Source: Rhodospirillales bacterium (GTDB lineage: Bacteria > Pseudomonadota > Alphaproteobacteria > Bin95). Taken from it: DNA of 64,000 nt. Under the pieces are notes generated by a model that was given only the letters and a program-made list of their open reading frames with translations, was not told the origin of the DNA and ran no database searches. Every line of letters starts with the position of its first letter. The stretch's first letter is position 1. Positions 11,864 through 22,365 of this stretch are shown here, piece after piece. A program made the translations under genes and the position numbers. Where the stretch lies: the NCBI GenBank assembly GCA_038143065.1, contig JAYQLI010000035.1, positions 2,752,894 through 2,816,893 of the forward strand, given 5' to 3'.

Positions 11864-12157
11864 TCAATTGATAATTCCGAATTCTATAAGAATCGTTAAG
11901 CCACCAATCCATACACCAAAGAATGCTGCACAGAACCCAATCACCTTAAAAGCTTTTGCCCAAGTCGATTTTTGCAGCATTATTCTACTTCGAGTTTTTA
12001 GTCCTTTAAGTGTTTCAATTGCTTTTAGGCTAAATGATAATAACACGATGTAGAGAAATATAGCGGCAAAGATATGCTGAAAATCAGCATCACCCCAACC
12101 CACCTGCCAAGTTGCTGTCTTAACCGTAGCGTCTGCCCATCTGTCAAAACCATTCAT
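11864..12157 (-). CDS. Small two-TM hypothetical membrane protein
   Basis: ATG at 12157 after GGAGG; two hydrophobic segments. Confidence 0.55.
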   Translation of the reverse strand: MNGFDRWADATVKTATWQVGWGDADFQHIFAAIFLYIVLLSFSLKAIETLKGLKTRSRIMLQKSTWAKAFKVIGFCAAFFGVWIGGLTILIEFGIIN

Positions 12158-12201
12158 TGTTTCTCGTTTCGTCCTCCATCTTGATGCTACGTACCTCAAT
12201 G

Positions 12202-12229
12202 AAAAAAGGGCTTCACCGAAGTGAAGCCC
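12202..12229 (-). terminator. Intrinsic terminator of rplM-rpsI
   Basis: GGGCTTCAC-TTCG-GTGAAGCCC-TTTTTT on the minus strand. Confidence 0.9.
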
Positions 12230-12260
12230 CAAAAAATATATAATATTTTTTGTGTAACGA

Positions 12261-12771
12261 TTAACGCTTTGAGAACTGGAAGCTCCGTCGGGCCTTTGGC
12301 TCGGCCGTACTTCTTACGTTCGACAACGCGACTATCTCGTGTCACAAACCCTGCCTGCTTCAAAGCAGGGCGAAGGCTTGGTTCAAACGCGATAAGAGCG
12401 CGAGTAAGGCCATGGCGGACAGCGCCTGCCTGACCTGACAACCCGCCGCCTTTAACCGTGCACATTAAGTCGTATTGGTTAAGGCGATCCGCAATTGCAA
12501 AAGGAGCCAACGCATGCATCTGTAGGGGTGGCCGGGCAAAGTAGTCGGTAATTTGCTTCCCGTTCACCGACATCTGTCCTTTTCCAGGCTTAATCCAAAC
12601 CCGGGCTACGGACGACTTTCTGCGACCTGTTCCATAACTGCGTCCAAACTGGTCGATTTTTGGCTCAGGAAGTGCAGCGGTAGTTTCAGCTGAGGCGTTA
12701 ACAACCTCTGATGAAGCTTCCTCATCAAGCGCGTCTTTTAAGTCTGCAAGAGTGCGCGTTTCTTCGGTCAT
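12261..12771 (-). CDS. rpsI: 30S ribosomal protein S9; 1-nt indel near 12292, true end ...RSFQFSKR*
   Basis: [39 protein letters not shown]; QFSKR-stop in the adjacent frame. Confidence 0.96.
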
Positions 12772-13250
12772 CAACGGGTCCTCCGCGGGCGCTGGGCATT
12801 TTTAACGTTCATGCTCGAAACATCGAGCGGCTTTGGCTGTTGTGCATCGTGAGAATGCTCTGCTCCGCCATACACATGCAGCTTTTTCATTGCAGCACGG
12901 GCGAGTTTTGTCTTTGGCATCATACGCTCAACTGCTTTTTCGATGACGCGCTCAGGAAACTCGCCTTCTAGAATTTGGCGAGCCGTTCTGCCTTTGATGC
13001 CCCCAGGATATCCTGTGTGCCAATAATAAGTCTTAGTATCGCGCTTATTATTACCGTTCATCGCCACCTTTTCAGCATTTATGACGACGATATGGTCGCC
13101 ACAGTCAACGTGCGGGGTGTAAGATGGTTTATGTTTGCCTCGGAGACGCATGGCAATCAACGCAGCCAACCGACCGAGAACTAACCCGTCCGCATCGATC
13201 ACGTACCAATCGCGTGCAACTTCCCCTGGCTTGGCGGAGACCGTAGTCAT
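12771..13250 (-). CDS. rplM: 50S ribosomal protein L13
   Basis: WYVIDA...LGRLA...[24 protein letters not shown]. Confidence 0.97.
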   Translation of the reverse strand: MTTVSAKPGEVARDWYVIDADGLVLGRLAALIAMRLRGKHKPSYTPHVDCGDHIVVINAEKVAMNGNNKRDTKTYYWHTGYPGGIKGRTARQILEGEFPERVIEKAVERMMPKTKLARAAMKKLHVYGGAEHSHDAQQPKPLDVSSMNVKNAQRPRRTR

Positions 13251-13393
13251 CGCTTGCCTACTCCAGTAAAATAAAAATCATCAACGCCGAAGCGCTGCTC
13301 AAAGGAACGCGTGTTCTAAAGTCGCAAATACCATTCGTCAATGAAAAAATGCTGGAAATTCCGATATTTGCAAATGGGGTACGATAGTAGCGC

Positions 13394-13858
13394 TTATGAT
13401 GGCAGAGCGTATGAACCTGTACCATGTGCAACTATCGAGGCTTGGTTTGAAGATGAATGGACGTGCACTTCAAAGAATGCCATCCGGCGGCCTATTCGGA
13501 GGGGATTAGCCTTAGCAATCAGTTCTTCAAGGTCTGGTGGTTGTAAAAAGGTTGTATTGATGTTTGCTGTTAGCGCCATGGGGGTCCAGCCAAAATAAGC
13601 GTTGACCCCAGCAAACATAGCGACGTCTATTAAAGCCATTACTGCAGGCCCTGAAATTGATCCACCCGGTCTAACAAGATCAGGGGCATACGGAAGCCGA
13701 CTTTCCGCTTCTCCATTATTTCTAAGTGCTGTAGCCATTATCCCAAGCTGTTTAGAGAGGGGGACGAGCTGATGCAGTCTTTTAGTAAACTCAAAAGCAT
13801 TAAGTGGCTTTCCTATCTCATACTCTTCCATGCCGTTCCCCATTGGCCTTTGGACCAT
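13394..13858 (-). CDS. PaaI-family hotdog thioesterase
   Basis: RPGGSISGPAVMALID, TANINTTFL, RIGRR. Confidence 0.85.
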   Translation of the reverse strand: MVQRPMGNGMEEYEIGKPLNAFEFTKRLHQLVPLSKQLGIMATALRNNGEAESRLPYAPDLVRPGGSISGPAVMALIDVAMFAGVNAYFGWTPMALTANINTTFLQPPDLEELIAKANPLRIGRRMAFFEVHVHSSSNQASIVAHGTGSYALPS

Positions 13859-13902
13859 GCAGCGTTAATCTTTACTAATGAACTTCGAAGGTTAAGTGCA
13901 CT

Positions 13903-14703
13903 ATGCCCGAAACTTTGACATCACCCGATAGCTCCTTCGTTCTTCGCGAAGATCAGTCCGGTATAGCGATTTTAACCCTGAATAGGCCAGAGAAGCGAAA
14001 TCCCCTTTCTGAAGGTATGCTTAAGCAGCTCACAGAGATTTTAAACGATATCAATGACGATCCTGCGGTACGGGTAGTTATTCTTTCTCATACAGGTCCG
14101 TCATTCTCCGCTGGGCACGACCTAAAAGAGGTGCGGGCCAACCAATCCAGTCAATACTATAACTGGTTGATGAATTTGTGTTCCAATTTAATGCTGAGTA
14201 TCGTCCGCCTTCAAAAACCTGTGATAGCGGCAGTTGAAGGTGTCGCTACCGCTGCGGGTTGCCAGCTCGTAGCATCCTGTGATCTCGCAATAGCGGGTGA
14301 AAATGCAAGTTTTTCGACTCCGGGTGTAAATATTGGTCTTTTCTGCTCTACCCCGATGGTGGCGCTTTCACGGAATGTTGCTTCCAAGCATGCTATGGAA
14401 ATGCTGCTCACAGGCGATCCAATAGATGCAAAAGAAGCGGCTCGTATTGGTCTGATAAATCGCGCAGTTACCGCTGGTACTGCTTCCGCTTAAGCATATC
14501 AATTGGCTTTAAAGATCGCATCTAAGTCAGCAATGACACTCCGTATTGGTAAGGAAGCGTTTTATCGACAGCAGGAAATGCAGCTTGATGTTGCTTATTC
14601 TTTTACTTCGGAAGTCATGACAACAAATTTAATGGCGGAAGACGCAGGTGAAGGCATAGATGCTTTTATCGAAAAACGTTCGCCGCAATGGAAAGATCGA
14701 TAG
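13903..14703 (+). CDS. Enoyl-CoA hydratase (ECHDC3-like); in-frame TAA at 14491-14493
   Basis: LNRPEKRNPLS, FSAGHDLKE, ATAAGCQLVASCD, TPGVNIGLFCSTP; same frame resumes to EGIDAFIEKRSPQW. Confidence 0.85.
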
Positions 14704-14715
14704 AAAGGTTTTCGT

Positions 14716-15664
14716 ATGCAGATTGGTGTTCAAGTTCCTCATCGTGGGCCAATGACGGATCCAGCTTGTATCCAGGCGATCGTCTCAGAGGGAGAAGCCC
14801 TAGGATATGAAGTATTGATTGTATCCGACCATATTGTCGTTCCAAAGGATATCGATAGTAGGTACCCGTATTCTGAAGCTGGCGATTTTCCAGGCCGTGT
14901 GGGCGGCGAGTGTATGGAACAGCTTACCTTGCTAGCTTACGTGGCCGCGATGACCAAAAAGGCAAAGCTCCTTACATCTGTAATGGTCGTGCCGCACAGG
15001 GAACCTCTTTTGGCAGCTAAATCTTTGGCAACAACGGACCAGCTTTCAGGTGGTCGATTGATCGTTGGTTGTGGAACTGGTTGGATGAGAGAAGAGTTTG
15101 ACGCGATTGGAGCGGACTTTGATAATCGTGGCGCTGTAACCGATGACTACATTAGAATTTTTAAAAAGGTATGGACAGAGGATGACCCCCAGCATTCAAG
15201 TCAGTGGTCAACCTTTTCCAATATTGCTTTCAGGCCTCAGCCTCTTCAAAAACCTCATCCTCCCATATGGATTGGGGGAGTCAGGTAGAGCACAGCGCCG
15301 CGTCGCAGAGTTAGCGGACGGCTGGTACCCACTTGGGGCCAATCCTCGTCAGCCCTTAGATACACCCGATCGATACTTAGCTGCACGCGATCAGCTTTGG
15401 AAGAAGGTTGAGGCTGCGGGCCGTAGCCCAGAAGATATTACTCTTGCTTATAATGCACCTTTTCACTTTTCCGAAGAGCAGAAGAACCGTGAGGGAACTC
15501 GACAATTCTTGACGGGCTCTGCTCAGGCAAGAGCAGATGATTTGAATGCCTTAAAAGACATTGGGGTATCCACTGTTGTCATTTCTACAGCTGGAACAAC
15601 ACTAGAGAAAACCTTAGATCGCATGCGAGAATTTCAGGAGAATGTGCGGCCATTGATGTCTTAG
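14716..15664 (+). CDS. Luciferase-like (LLM) oxidoreductase, putative F420-dependent, Rv2161c-like; frameshift in G-run near 15274
   Basis: SDHIVVP...YPYS, LLTSVMVVPHR.PLLAAK, SGGRLIVG.G.GW..EEF, PPIWIGG, DGWYP. Confidence 0.85.
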
Positions 15665-15745
15665 CCCTTGAGCAATCTCTAGCTTGGTCAGACGCAAAAG
15701 TTGATTCTCCAAGTTGGTATAGGCTCAACGGGCTGTCTGTTGAGC

Positions 15746-16984
15746 CTAGTATTTGGTTGCAGCCCGTTTAAGCTCAGGTACGGTCCAAAAGATTGCAACT
15801 GGGATACAAATGGCGGTTAAGGACCAAGCAATCACCATAATGTATCCATCGGTCAAATCGTGGATTACACAGCCCATCGTTGCTCCAACTGCTGCCCCAG
15901 CACCCATACAGAGGAAAATCGCGCCCATAATTAATCCAAGATCTCGTCCACGGCCAAAAATTCTTGCTGTGAGTGCGGAAATTACGGGGCCACGACTTCC
16001 AAAACTCGCGCCGTACGAAATAACAAAAGCCCAGAGTAGAAAATTTGACGGACTAACTGCCATCATGAAGAGAAGTAAATACCCTGATATCGTTAAGCTG
16101 TAGGACAATGTTACTGAAAGCAGAGCACCATACCTATCCGCGATTATTCCGAAAATCAGAAGACCACAAGTTGCAGAAATTCCAGAAACACCAAAAGCGC
16201 TTGCTGCTGTTATCGGATTCGTGCCTTGCTCAATGAGAAAAGCGACAACTTGGGGTTGAACGGCAAACATTGATATTGCTGTAAGAAAATGAACTGCTGA
16301 CAAAGACCAGTAAGGCCTAGAACGAACCGCACGGCGAAAAGTCCAATCAGATGTTGGAGAGTGTCTACCTTCTGTTTTCGGTCGTCGAAGGTCTGCCCGG
16401 CCTTCAGAAATTTTTTGCCATGGAGCAATTGCCACAAGTATGCCAACGCAAATGACAATCAGTCCAATTGAGCCGTAAGCATTTCGCCAACCAAGATCAT
16501 CAATGAAAGCTTGGGCTACAGGGGAAAAAATCATGACTCCTACGCCAGCTGCACCCGACACCACAGCAACAGCGGTGGTTAAAGATTGCTGAAACCATCG
16601 GGCTAGTAATGCGGATTGCACCGCAATACCAAGCGCTGCTGCTCCGAACCCCACGAGGAGGCTTAAGCACAGATAAAATTGCCATAGCGCTTCAAGTTGT
16701 GAGGCTAAAATTGGTCCTACAGCAAGGCATCCCATTCCCAGGGGAAAGAGAAATCTTGGTCCAAACTTATCAAATAGCTTACCTGCAACCGGAGAAAAAA
16801 GCCCAAGGCAAAGCATTCCAAAAGCGTATACACTGGCTGCCTCCGCTCTGCTCCATCCAAGTTCTTTACTGACCGGAAGAAGGAAGACGGCAAAAGTCTC
16901 AGATACACCTCGTGCAGAGGCACTCATCAATACAAAAACGGCAGCAGCTAAAAATCCGAGGTTAAACCGATGATGCAGGGTCAA
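15746..16984 (-). CDS. MFS transporter
   Basis: About 12 hydrophobic segments, MFS motif A GKLFDKFGPR and GIIADRYG. Confidence 0.88.
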   Translation of the reverse strand: MTLHHRFNLGFLAAAVFVLMSASARGVSETFAVFLLPVSKELGWSRAEAASVYAFGMLCLGLFSPVAGKLFDKFGPRFLFPLGMGCLAVGPILASQLEALWQFYLCLSLLVGFGAAALGIAVQSALLARWFQQSLTTAVAVVSGAAGVGVMIFSPVAQAFIDDLGWRNAYGSIGLIVICVGILVAIAPWQKISEGRADLRRPKTEGRHSPTSDWTFRRAVRSRPYWSLSAVHFLTAISMFAVQPQVVAFLIEQGTNPITAASAFGVSGISATCGLLIFGIIADRYGALLSVTLSYSLTISGYLLLFMMAVSPSNFLLWAFVISYGASFGSRGPVISALTARIFGRGRDLGLIMGAIFLCMGAGAAVGATMGCVIHDLTDGYIMVIAWSLTAICIPVAIFWTVPELKRAATKY

Positions 16985-17592
16985 CGCGGTGGCATGCCAA
17001 GATATTCCCGAAAGCGGGTTTTCAAAAATGCCCCGTCCTGTGGAGGTAAAGACATTCCAGCTGCTTCTGGACTAATATGAACAGCAGCGAAGGCAGGGCC
17101 CTGCACAGATTGCATCCAATCGCGGAGTTCTGTGGCTTCTTCGGTGCTATCAATTCTCCGGGTTGATTTAAAGCCTAATCCTACGGCGGTTTGCACCAAG
17201 TCTACCCCGCGCGCAGTATGAGTTAACTGCTGCCCAGTTTCACCGTACCTTCCATTGTCTAATACGATTACTACCAGATTATCCAGGCCTTCCGCACCAG
17301 CTGCTGCAAGTCCAGTGAGGCCCATGAGAACCTCGCCGTCTCCGGTGAGCGCTAAAACGCGTTTGGTTGGTTGTGCTGCAGCTAGACCAATTGCCATTGG
17401 CACTGCTCCACCCATTGCGCCCCAAAGGTAAAAATTTAGTGGGTGGTCTCCCGCAGCCATCAGGTCGTAGCAAGGTGATCCAAGTCCGGCTACAACAAGC
17501 AGATCATCAGATCTGTCGTGCATAAGATTTGCCACTAAAATACGCCGATCTATTAGACCATCTGACTTCTTGATTATTTCAGGGGCACTCAT
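16981..17592 (-). CDS. ThDP-dependent decarboxylase beta subunit (ComE / phosphonopyruvate decarboxylase-like)
   Basis: GAMGGA..GLA, ThDP motif TGDGE...LDNG.YGETG.Q; ATGA overlap with the alpha subunit. Confidence 0.8.
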   Translation of the reverse strand: MSAPEIIKKSDGLIDRRILVANLMHDRSDDLLVVAGLGSPCYDLMAAGDHPLNFYLWGAMGGAVPMAIGLAAAQPTKRVLALTGDGEVLMGLTGLAAAGAEGLDNLVVIVLDNGRYGETGQQLTHTARGVDLVQTAVGLGFKSTRRIDSTEEATELRDWMQSVQGPAFAAVHISPEAAGMSLPPQDGAFLKTRFREYLGMPPR

Positions 17593-18143
17593 TGTTTGTT
17601 GTCTCCTGCACTTCCTGCTGCAAATTTCTTCGTGCCAACTAACTTCTGCGCCAATAATACGGCAGTCATGCAATCACCATTGTATGCTTGGTCAATGGCT
17701 GCCCGCACTGTGTCAGCTACATCCTCTGCGCGTTCAACTCTGTAACATTTTACTCCGGCTAACTCGAAATGAGCCTGTGTAGTACCTCCCATTGGCATTT
17801 GCCACGAGTTGAACTCACCCCACTCACCACGCATCGTCACAAACATTGGCATGGGAAATCTGCAAGTGGTCATAAGGCTCAGCATATTGATTGTGTTTCC
17901 AACCCCACTGGATTGCATCAGCAACGCACCCTTATCACCGCCCAACCAAGCACCTGCTAGACAGGCTACGGCGTCTTCTTCAGTAGTAACTGAAATTGCG
18001 CGCATCTCATTAGCAGCGTGGGCGCGCTCAATAAGCTTTTTGTGGCCAGCGTCGGGTACATAAGCAATTTGTTTTATCCCGGCATTAACTAGGGCTTCAA
18101 AAATATCATCCCGCCAGTCATGGGTCATTTCAGCATCTGTCAT
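17589..18143 (-). CDS. ThDP-dependent decarboxylase alpha subunit (ComD-like)
   Basis: YVPD, TTEED...AGAWLGG, LMQSSGVGN, TMRGEWGEFNSWQMPMG. Confidence 0.8.
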   Translation of the reverse strand: MTDAEMTHDWRDDIFEALVNAGIKQIAYVPDAGHKKLIERAHAANEMRAISVTTEEDAVACLAGAWLGGDKGALLMQSSGVGNTINMLSLMTTCRFPMPMFVTMRGEWGEFNSWQMPMGGTTQAHFELAGVKCYRVERAEDVADTVRAAIDQAYNGDCMTAVLLAQKLVGTKKFAAGSAGDNKQ

Positions 18144-18205
18144 CGTTAACTCAATAAGATTAATATGAAACCTGACTTTTACACGAGGCTGTTCTAGACC
18201 GCCAT

Positions 18206-19432
18206 ATGTCTAACCGCATGACCGATATGCCTGAAGCGCTTGTCCGGGAAGCAAACGCTTTGAGTTGGCCATCCGTAAGGATTAGTTTTTATTACATTGC
18301 GATGTTTGGAACCGTTGGAGTTTTTGCACCTTTCCTTCCAATTTGGCTAAAGGACCGAAGCTTATCAGCAGAAGAAATCGGGATAGTGATGTCTGCAATC
18401 GCTTGGACCCGAGTAATGGTCAATCCGCTTGCTGCACACGTCGCAGATGTAACTGGGCGACGTAGAAGATTGGCATTAATGACTGCAGCTGGGGCTTGTG
18501 TGGGTTTGGGATTTGTAACGCAGTCTTATGGGTTTTTTGCTATTTTAGCGGCACTGATTTTTACAGCGGCTTGCCAAGGTCCCGTTTTACCTGTTGTTGA
18601 GAATCTTTGCTTACTAACTATTATAGCCCGTAATTTGTCGTATGGACGACTACGTGCATGGGGCTCGGTCGCTTTCATCGCGGTAGTTACTGGCGCCGGC
18701 TATTGGCTCGAGACCGCTCCATCAGATCATGTGATTTACATGTTAATTGGCGGCTGGCTTTTGATCCTGTTTTCGGTAGCTTGGTTGCCTGATCTTCGAT
18801 CTCCGCCATGGGGCAAGAAAGAAAGAAGGTTTCAAGCAGCTCCTGCATGGGCTCTACTTCGCAATAAAACATTCATACTGCTGCTAGCTGCGGCAGCCGC
18901 TAATATGAGTTCACATGCAGTTTTGAATGCCTTTTCATCAATTCACTGGATTGGCGCAGGGATTAGTGAAAGCTCTATTGGCTATCTTTGGTCTATCGGA
19001 GTTTTGGCTGAGATAATTCTTTTCTGGATGGCGGCTCCAATCGTTGCACATCTGGGGCCCGGTTGGCTTATGGCCCTTGGTGCTGCTGGAGGTGTTATTC
19101 GATGGGTTGGCTTGGGTTGGACAACAGATTTTTACGCACTCCTTTTCTTTCAAACTTTGCATGGATTGACCTTTGGCGCCGCTCATTTAGGGGCGATGAC
19201 ATACCTTCAACGACATGTCCCAGCTGAGAGCTCTGCAACAGGTCAAGCGCTATACTCTGCTCTCGGAATGGGAGCTGCTTTGGCTTTAATGCAGCCAATT
19301 GCGGGCTGGCTCTATGCTAAAAATGGAGGCGGCGCTTTTTATGCAATGGCTATCTTGGCGGCAGTTGGATTTTTATTCGCAGTATTGCTCGCTTTCAGAC
19401 TAAGGAAAATTGACCAAAATAGTCCAACCTAA
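18206..19432 (+). CDS. MFS transporter, HcaT/MFS_1-like
   Basis: PFLPIWL, YGRLRAWGSVAFI, LWSIGVLAEI, QTLHGLTFGAAHLG. Confidence 0.85.
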   Translation: MSNRMTDMPEALVREANALSWPSVRISFYYIAMFGTVGVFAPFLPIWLKDRSLSAEEIGIVMSAIAWTRVMVNPLAAHVADVTGRRRRLALMTAAGACVGLGFVTQSYGFFAILAALIFTAACQGPVLPVVENLCLLTIIARNLSYGRLRAWGSVAFIAVVTGAGYWLETAPSDHVIYMLIGGWLLILFSVAWLPDLRSPPWGKKERRFQAAPAWALLRNKTFILLLAAAAANMSSHAVLNAFSSIHWIGAGISESSIGYLWSIGVLAEIILFWMAAPIVAHLGPGWLMALGAAGGVIRWVGLGWTTDFYALLFFQTLHGLTFGAAHLGAMTYLQRHVPAESSATGQALYSALGMGAALALMQPIAGWLYAKNGGGAFYAMAILAAVGFLFAVLLAFRLRKIDQNSPT

Positions 19433-19611
19433 ATACATGTTGTGGGATTTAATTCGCACATAAGTTGCGGCTGCTTGTAATTGTTATAGTAAATTTGATT
19501 TTTGTAATTTCAAAATGAAGGTTGGCAAAATTGGTAAGCAATTACACAAACCTTGCGTAAACTCTTGCTAGAGTCTAACTCGATTGTTCTTTTGTCCAGG
19601 GATTTAGATAA

Positions 19612-20555
19612 ATGGGTTCCTCTGTCTTTATCGACGGTGAGGCTGGCACAACTGGCCTTCAGATATTCGACCGATTGAAGGATCGGAAGGACATAAGTCT
19701 CATCCGCCTTGATGACATAGAAAGGAAGGAATTAAAGGCGCGACAAGAAGCTCTTAATGCGGCTGATATTGCTATCTTATGCCTTCCTGACGATGCAGCT
19801 CGCGAAGCGGTTGATCTTATTAGAAATACAACCACCCGGGTAATTGATGCTTCAACAGCCCATAGAACGGCTGAGGGTTGGACATATGGTTTCCCGAATA
19901 TTCAAAAGACCAAAGACGCCTGATTGGTGAATCTAATAGAATAAGTAACCCTGGCTGCTATTCGGTCACCTCAATTGCGATGCTACATCCGATTATTGCA
20001 GCTGGCTTAATTAAGGCAGATTGGCCAATTACAATAAACGCTGTGTCTGGATATTCTGGTGGAGGAAAATCACTTATTGGTGAATTTGAGGGTGAAAATG
20101 CATCGCCCAATCAGCAAGTAGTATTTTCTTACGCGTTGAGCTTAAAGCATAAACATCTCCCGGAAATTAAGCGCTGGGGCGGCCTTAGTCATAATCCAAT
20201 TTTTGAGCCGCATGTGGGGCGTTATCATCAAGGAATGATAGTTAATATTCCTCTGCCTCTTTGGGCGATGCCAGATAAGCCAACACCCGTAGCAATCAAT
20301 CAGACACTCGCTGCCCATTATGAAAATGAGCCGTTTGTTGAGATTGCACCGCTAGGTCCACCTATGGGTTCAGACCGTTTGGATCCTGAGTGTTTAAACG
20401 GTACGAATAAACTTCGGATTCATGTGCTTACTAATCCAGATGGGGATGCTGTGGTATTGTCAGGCGTTTTGGATAATTTGGGTAAGGGCGCATCTGGCCA
20501 AGCAGTGCAGACATTGAATTTCTTGATTGGTTCCAGCGAAGATACGGGATTGTAA
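19612..20555 (+). CDS. argC: N-acetyl-gamma-glutamyl-phosphate reductase type 2; frameshift near 19893
   Basis: [52 protein letters not shown]. Confidence 0.93.
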
Positions 20556-20558
20556 ATC

Positions 20559-21116
20559 ATGCAGTCAGTAAGTTCTTTACCAGCGCCCAAGGGATTAATT
20601 TTACCTTTCAAAGGTATCAGCCCACGAGTGGCAGATGATGTATTTCTAGCTCCAAATTCTGTGGTCGTTGGAGATGTGGAGATAGGTGAGCGCTCAAGCC
20701 TTTGGTATAACGTGGTTGTGCGTGCTGATGTAGGGTTAATCAAGATTGGAGCAGGCACGAATATTCAAGATGGATCGGTTGTTCATGTGACAGGTGGCCA
20801 ATTTGATACTCATATTGGTGACGATGTTCTGATAGGGCATCTGTGCATGATCCATGGGTGCGTCCTTGAAGACAGAGCATTTGTTGGAATGAAAGCAACA
20901 ATTTTAGATGGTGCTAGAGTTGAGGCAGATGCAATGGTTGCTGCTGGCGCCGTAGTCACACCAAATAAAGTTGTTAAATCAGGTGAGCTTTGGGCTGGAG
21001 CACCAGCTAAAAAAATGCGTGATATGGATGCAGACGAAATCCAAAGACGTCGCAAGTCGGCGCCAAATTATGCAATTAATGCTTTAGATCATATTAACTC
21101 ACTTCGACATGCTTAG
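20559..21116 (+). CDS. Gamma carbonic anhydrase family (YrdA-like)
   Basis: Hexapeptide repeats, VRAD, NIQDGSVVH, IGH...IHGC. Confidence 0.9.
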   Translation: MQSVSSLPAPKGLILPFKGISPRVADDVFLAPNSVVVGDVEIGERSSLWYNVVVRADVGLIKIGAGTNIQDGSVVHVTGGQFDTHIGDDVLIGHLCMIHGCVLEDRAFVGMKATILDGARVEADAMVAAGAVVTPNKVVKSGELWAGAPAKKMRDMDADEIQRRRKSAPNYAINALDHINSLRHA

Positions 21117-22296
21117 GAGCGACATCATGCAGGAATTTTTGGCTGCTAAAGCAGTGTTGCCTGATGATGGAATGGATGGTTGTCTAGTTGCACGAGTTTG
21201 GAGACCTAGTTTAGGGGCGTCACTAGCTGTCATAAAGCCTACAGGCGTTTTCGACATAACGCGCAACTTTCCAACCCTGTCAGACCTCTTAAGTACCGTT
21301 GATCCTTCCAATGCGCTTGCTGAGATTACTTTGGGTGAGCGTGTTGGTAGTCTTGATGAGCTTTTAAGAAATAGTTCGTGTGAAATACGATCTGAGAGAG
21401 TTGCCCATTTTCTGGCACCACAAGATATTCAGCCGGTTAAAGCTGCAGGAGTTACCTTTGCAGCCTCCATGCTCGAAAGGGTTATAGAGGAACAAGCAAA
21501 AGGTGACCCGGCCAAAGCTCAGGCTGTGCGCGCCGCCGTACAGGAAAAAGTTGGTGACGATTTATCAAAGGTAGAACCAGGGTCATCAGCTGCCGAAGGC
21601 TTAAAGGAAAAACTAATAGAGTTGGGTGTGTGGTCTCAATATCTAGAAGTGGGAATTGGCCCATACGCTGAAATTTTCACCAAATGCCCACCTATGGCCG
21701 CTGTTGGCATAGGGGCAGAGGTTGGTTTGCGTCCTGATAGCCAGTGGAATAATCCTGAACCGGAAATAGTGCTCGTCATCGCGCCTAATGGTGAAATCGT
21801 AGGGGCAACACTTGGGAACGATGTTAATCTTCGTGATATAGAGGGCCGTTCCGCTCTATTGCTTGGGCGTGCAAAAGATAACAATGCGTCTTGTAGCTTA
21901 GGACCTTTTATACGGTTTTTTGATTCTACTTTCTCTATTGATGATGTTCGTCGATCAGTAGTCTCTTTGACTGTAACGGGACAAGATAACTTCCGAGTGG
22001 TTGGTCGCTCTTCAATGTCTGAGATAAGCAGAGATCCATACGCTTTAGCGAAGGCTACTTTGTCTGAAGATCACCAATATCCAGATGGTGTGTTTTTGAT
22101 GTGTGGAACAATGTTCGCACCCACAGACCTGCGAGATGGTGAAGGTTTCACCCACAAGTTTGGGGATATTGTGCAAATCTCCACGCCAAAACTTGGATGT
22201 TTAGTGAACCGTACCGCATCTACGCACCAAATTCCGGCTTGGACGTATGGTATGCGTGCGCTGATGCGTAGTTTGGCCAAAAGAGGTCTTAATTAA
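21109..22296 (+). CDS. Fumarylacetoacetate hydrolase family protein
   Basis: KAAGVTFA.SMLERVIEE, WNNPEPE, GATLGNDVNLRDIEGRSALLL..AKDNN, GTMFAP. Confidence 0.88.
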   Translation: MLRSDIMQEFLAAKAVLPDDGMDGCLVARVWRPSLGASLAVIKPTGVFDITRNFPTLSDLLSTVDPSNALAEITLGERVGSLDELLRNSSCEIRSERVAHFLAPQDIQPVKAAGVTFAASMLERVIEEQAKGDPAKAQAVRAAVQEKVGDDLSKVEPGSSAAEGLKEKLIELGVWSQYLEVGIGPYAEIFTKCPPMAAVGIGAEVGLRPDSQWNNPEPEIVLVIAPNGEIVGATLGNDVNLRDIEGRSALLLGRAKDNNASCSLGPFIRFFDSTFSIDDVRRSVVSLTVTGQDNFRVVGRSSMSEISRDPYALAKATLSEDHQYPDGVFLMCGTMFAPTDLRDGEGFTHKFGDIVQISTPKLGCLVNRTASTHQIPAWTYGMRALMRSLAKRGLN

Positions 22297-22365
22297 AATC
22301 GTTTTGCACAGTGCTTTTCCAGGAAATCGGGACTTTGAAACCTTACTCTTTTGTAAATAAGTAGA

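Noticed and set aside
14491-14493. In-frame TAA in the enoyl-CoA hydratase (and at 58064-58066 in the flavoprotein) as stop-codon reassignment
   Set aside because: TAA is the true stop of many conserved genes here (rpsI, rpsP, tsf, pyrH). Isolated substitution errors or strain-level nonsense alleles are simpler explanations.
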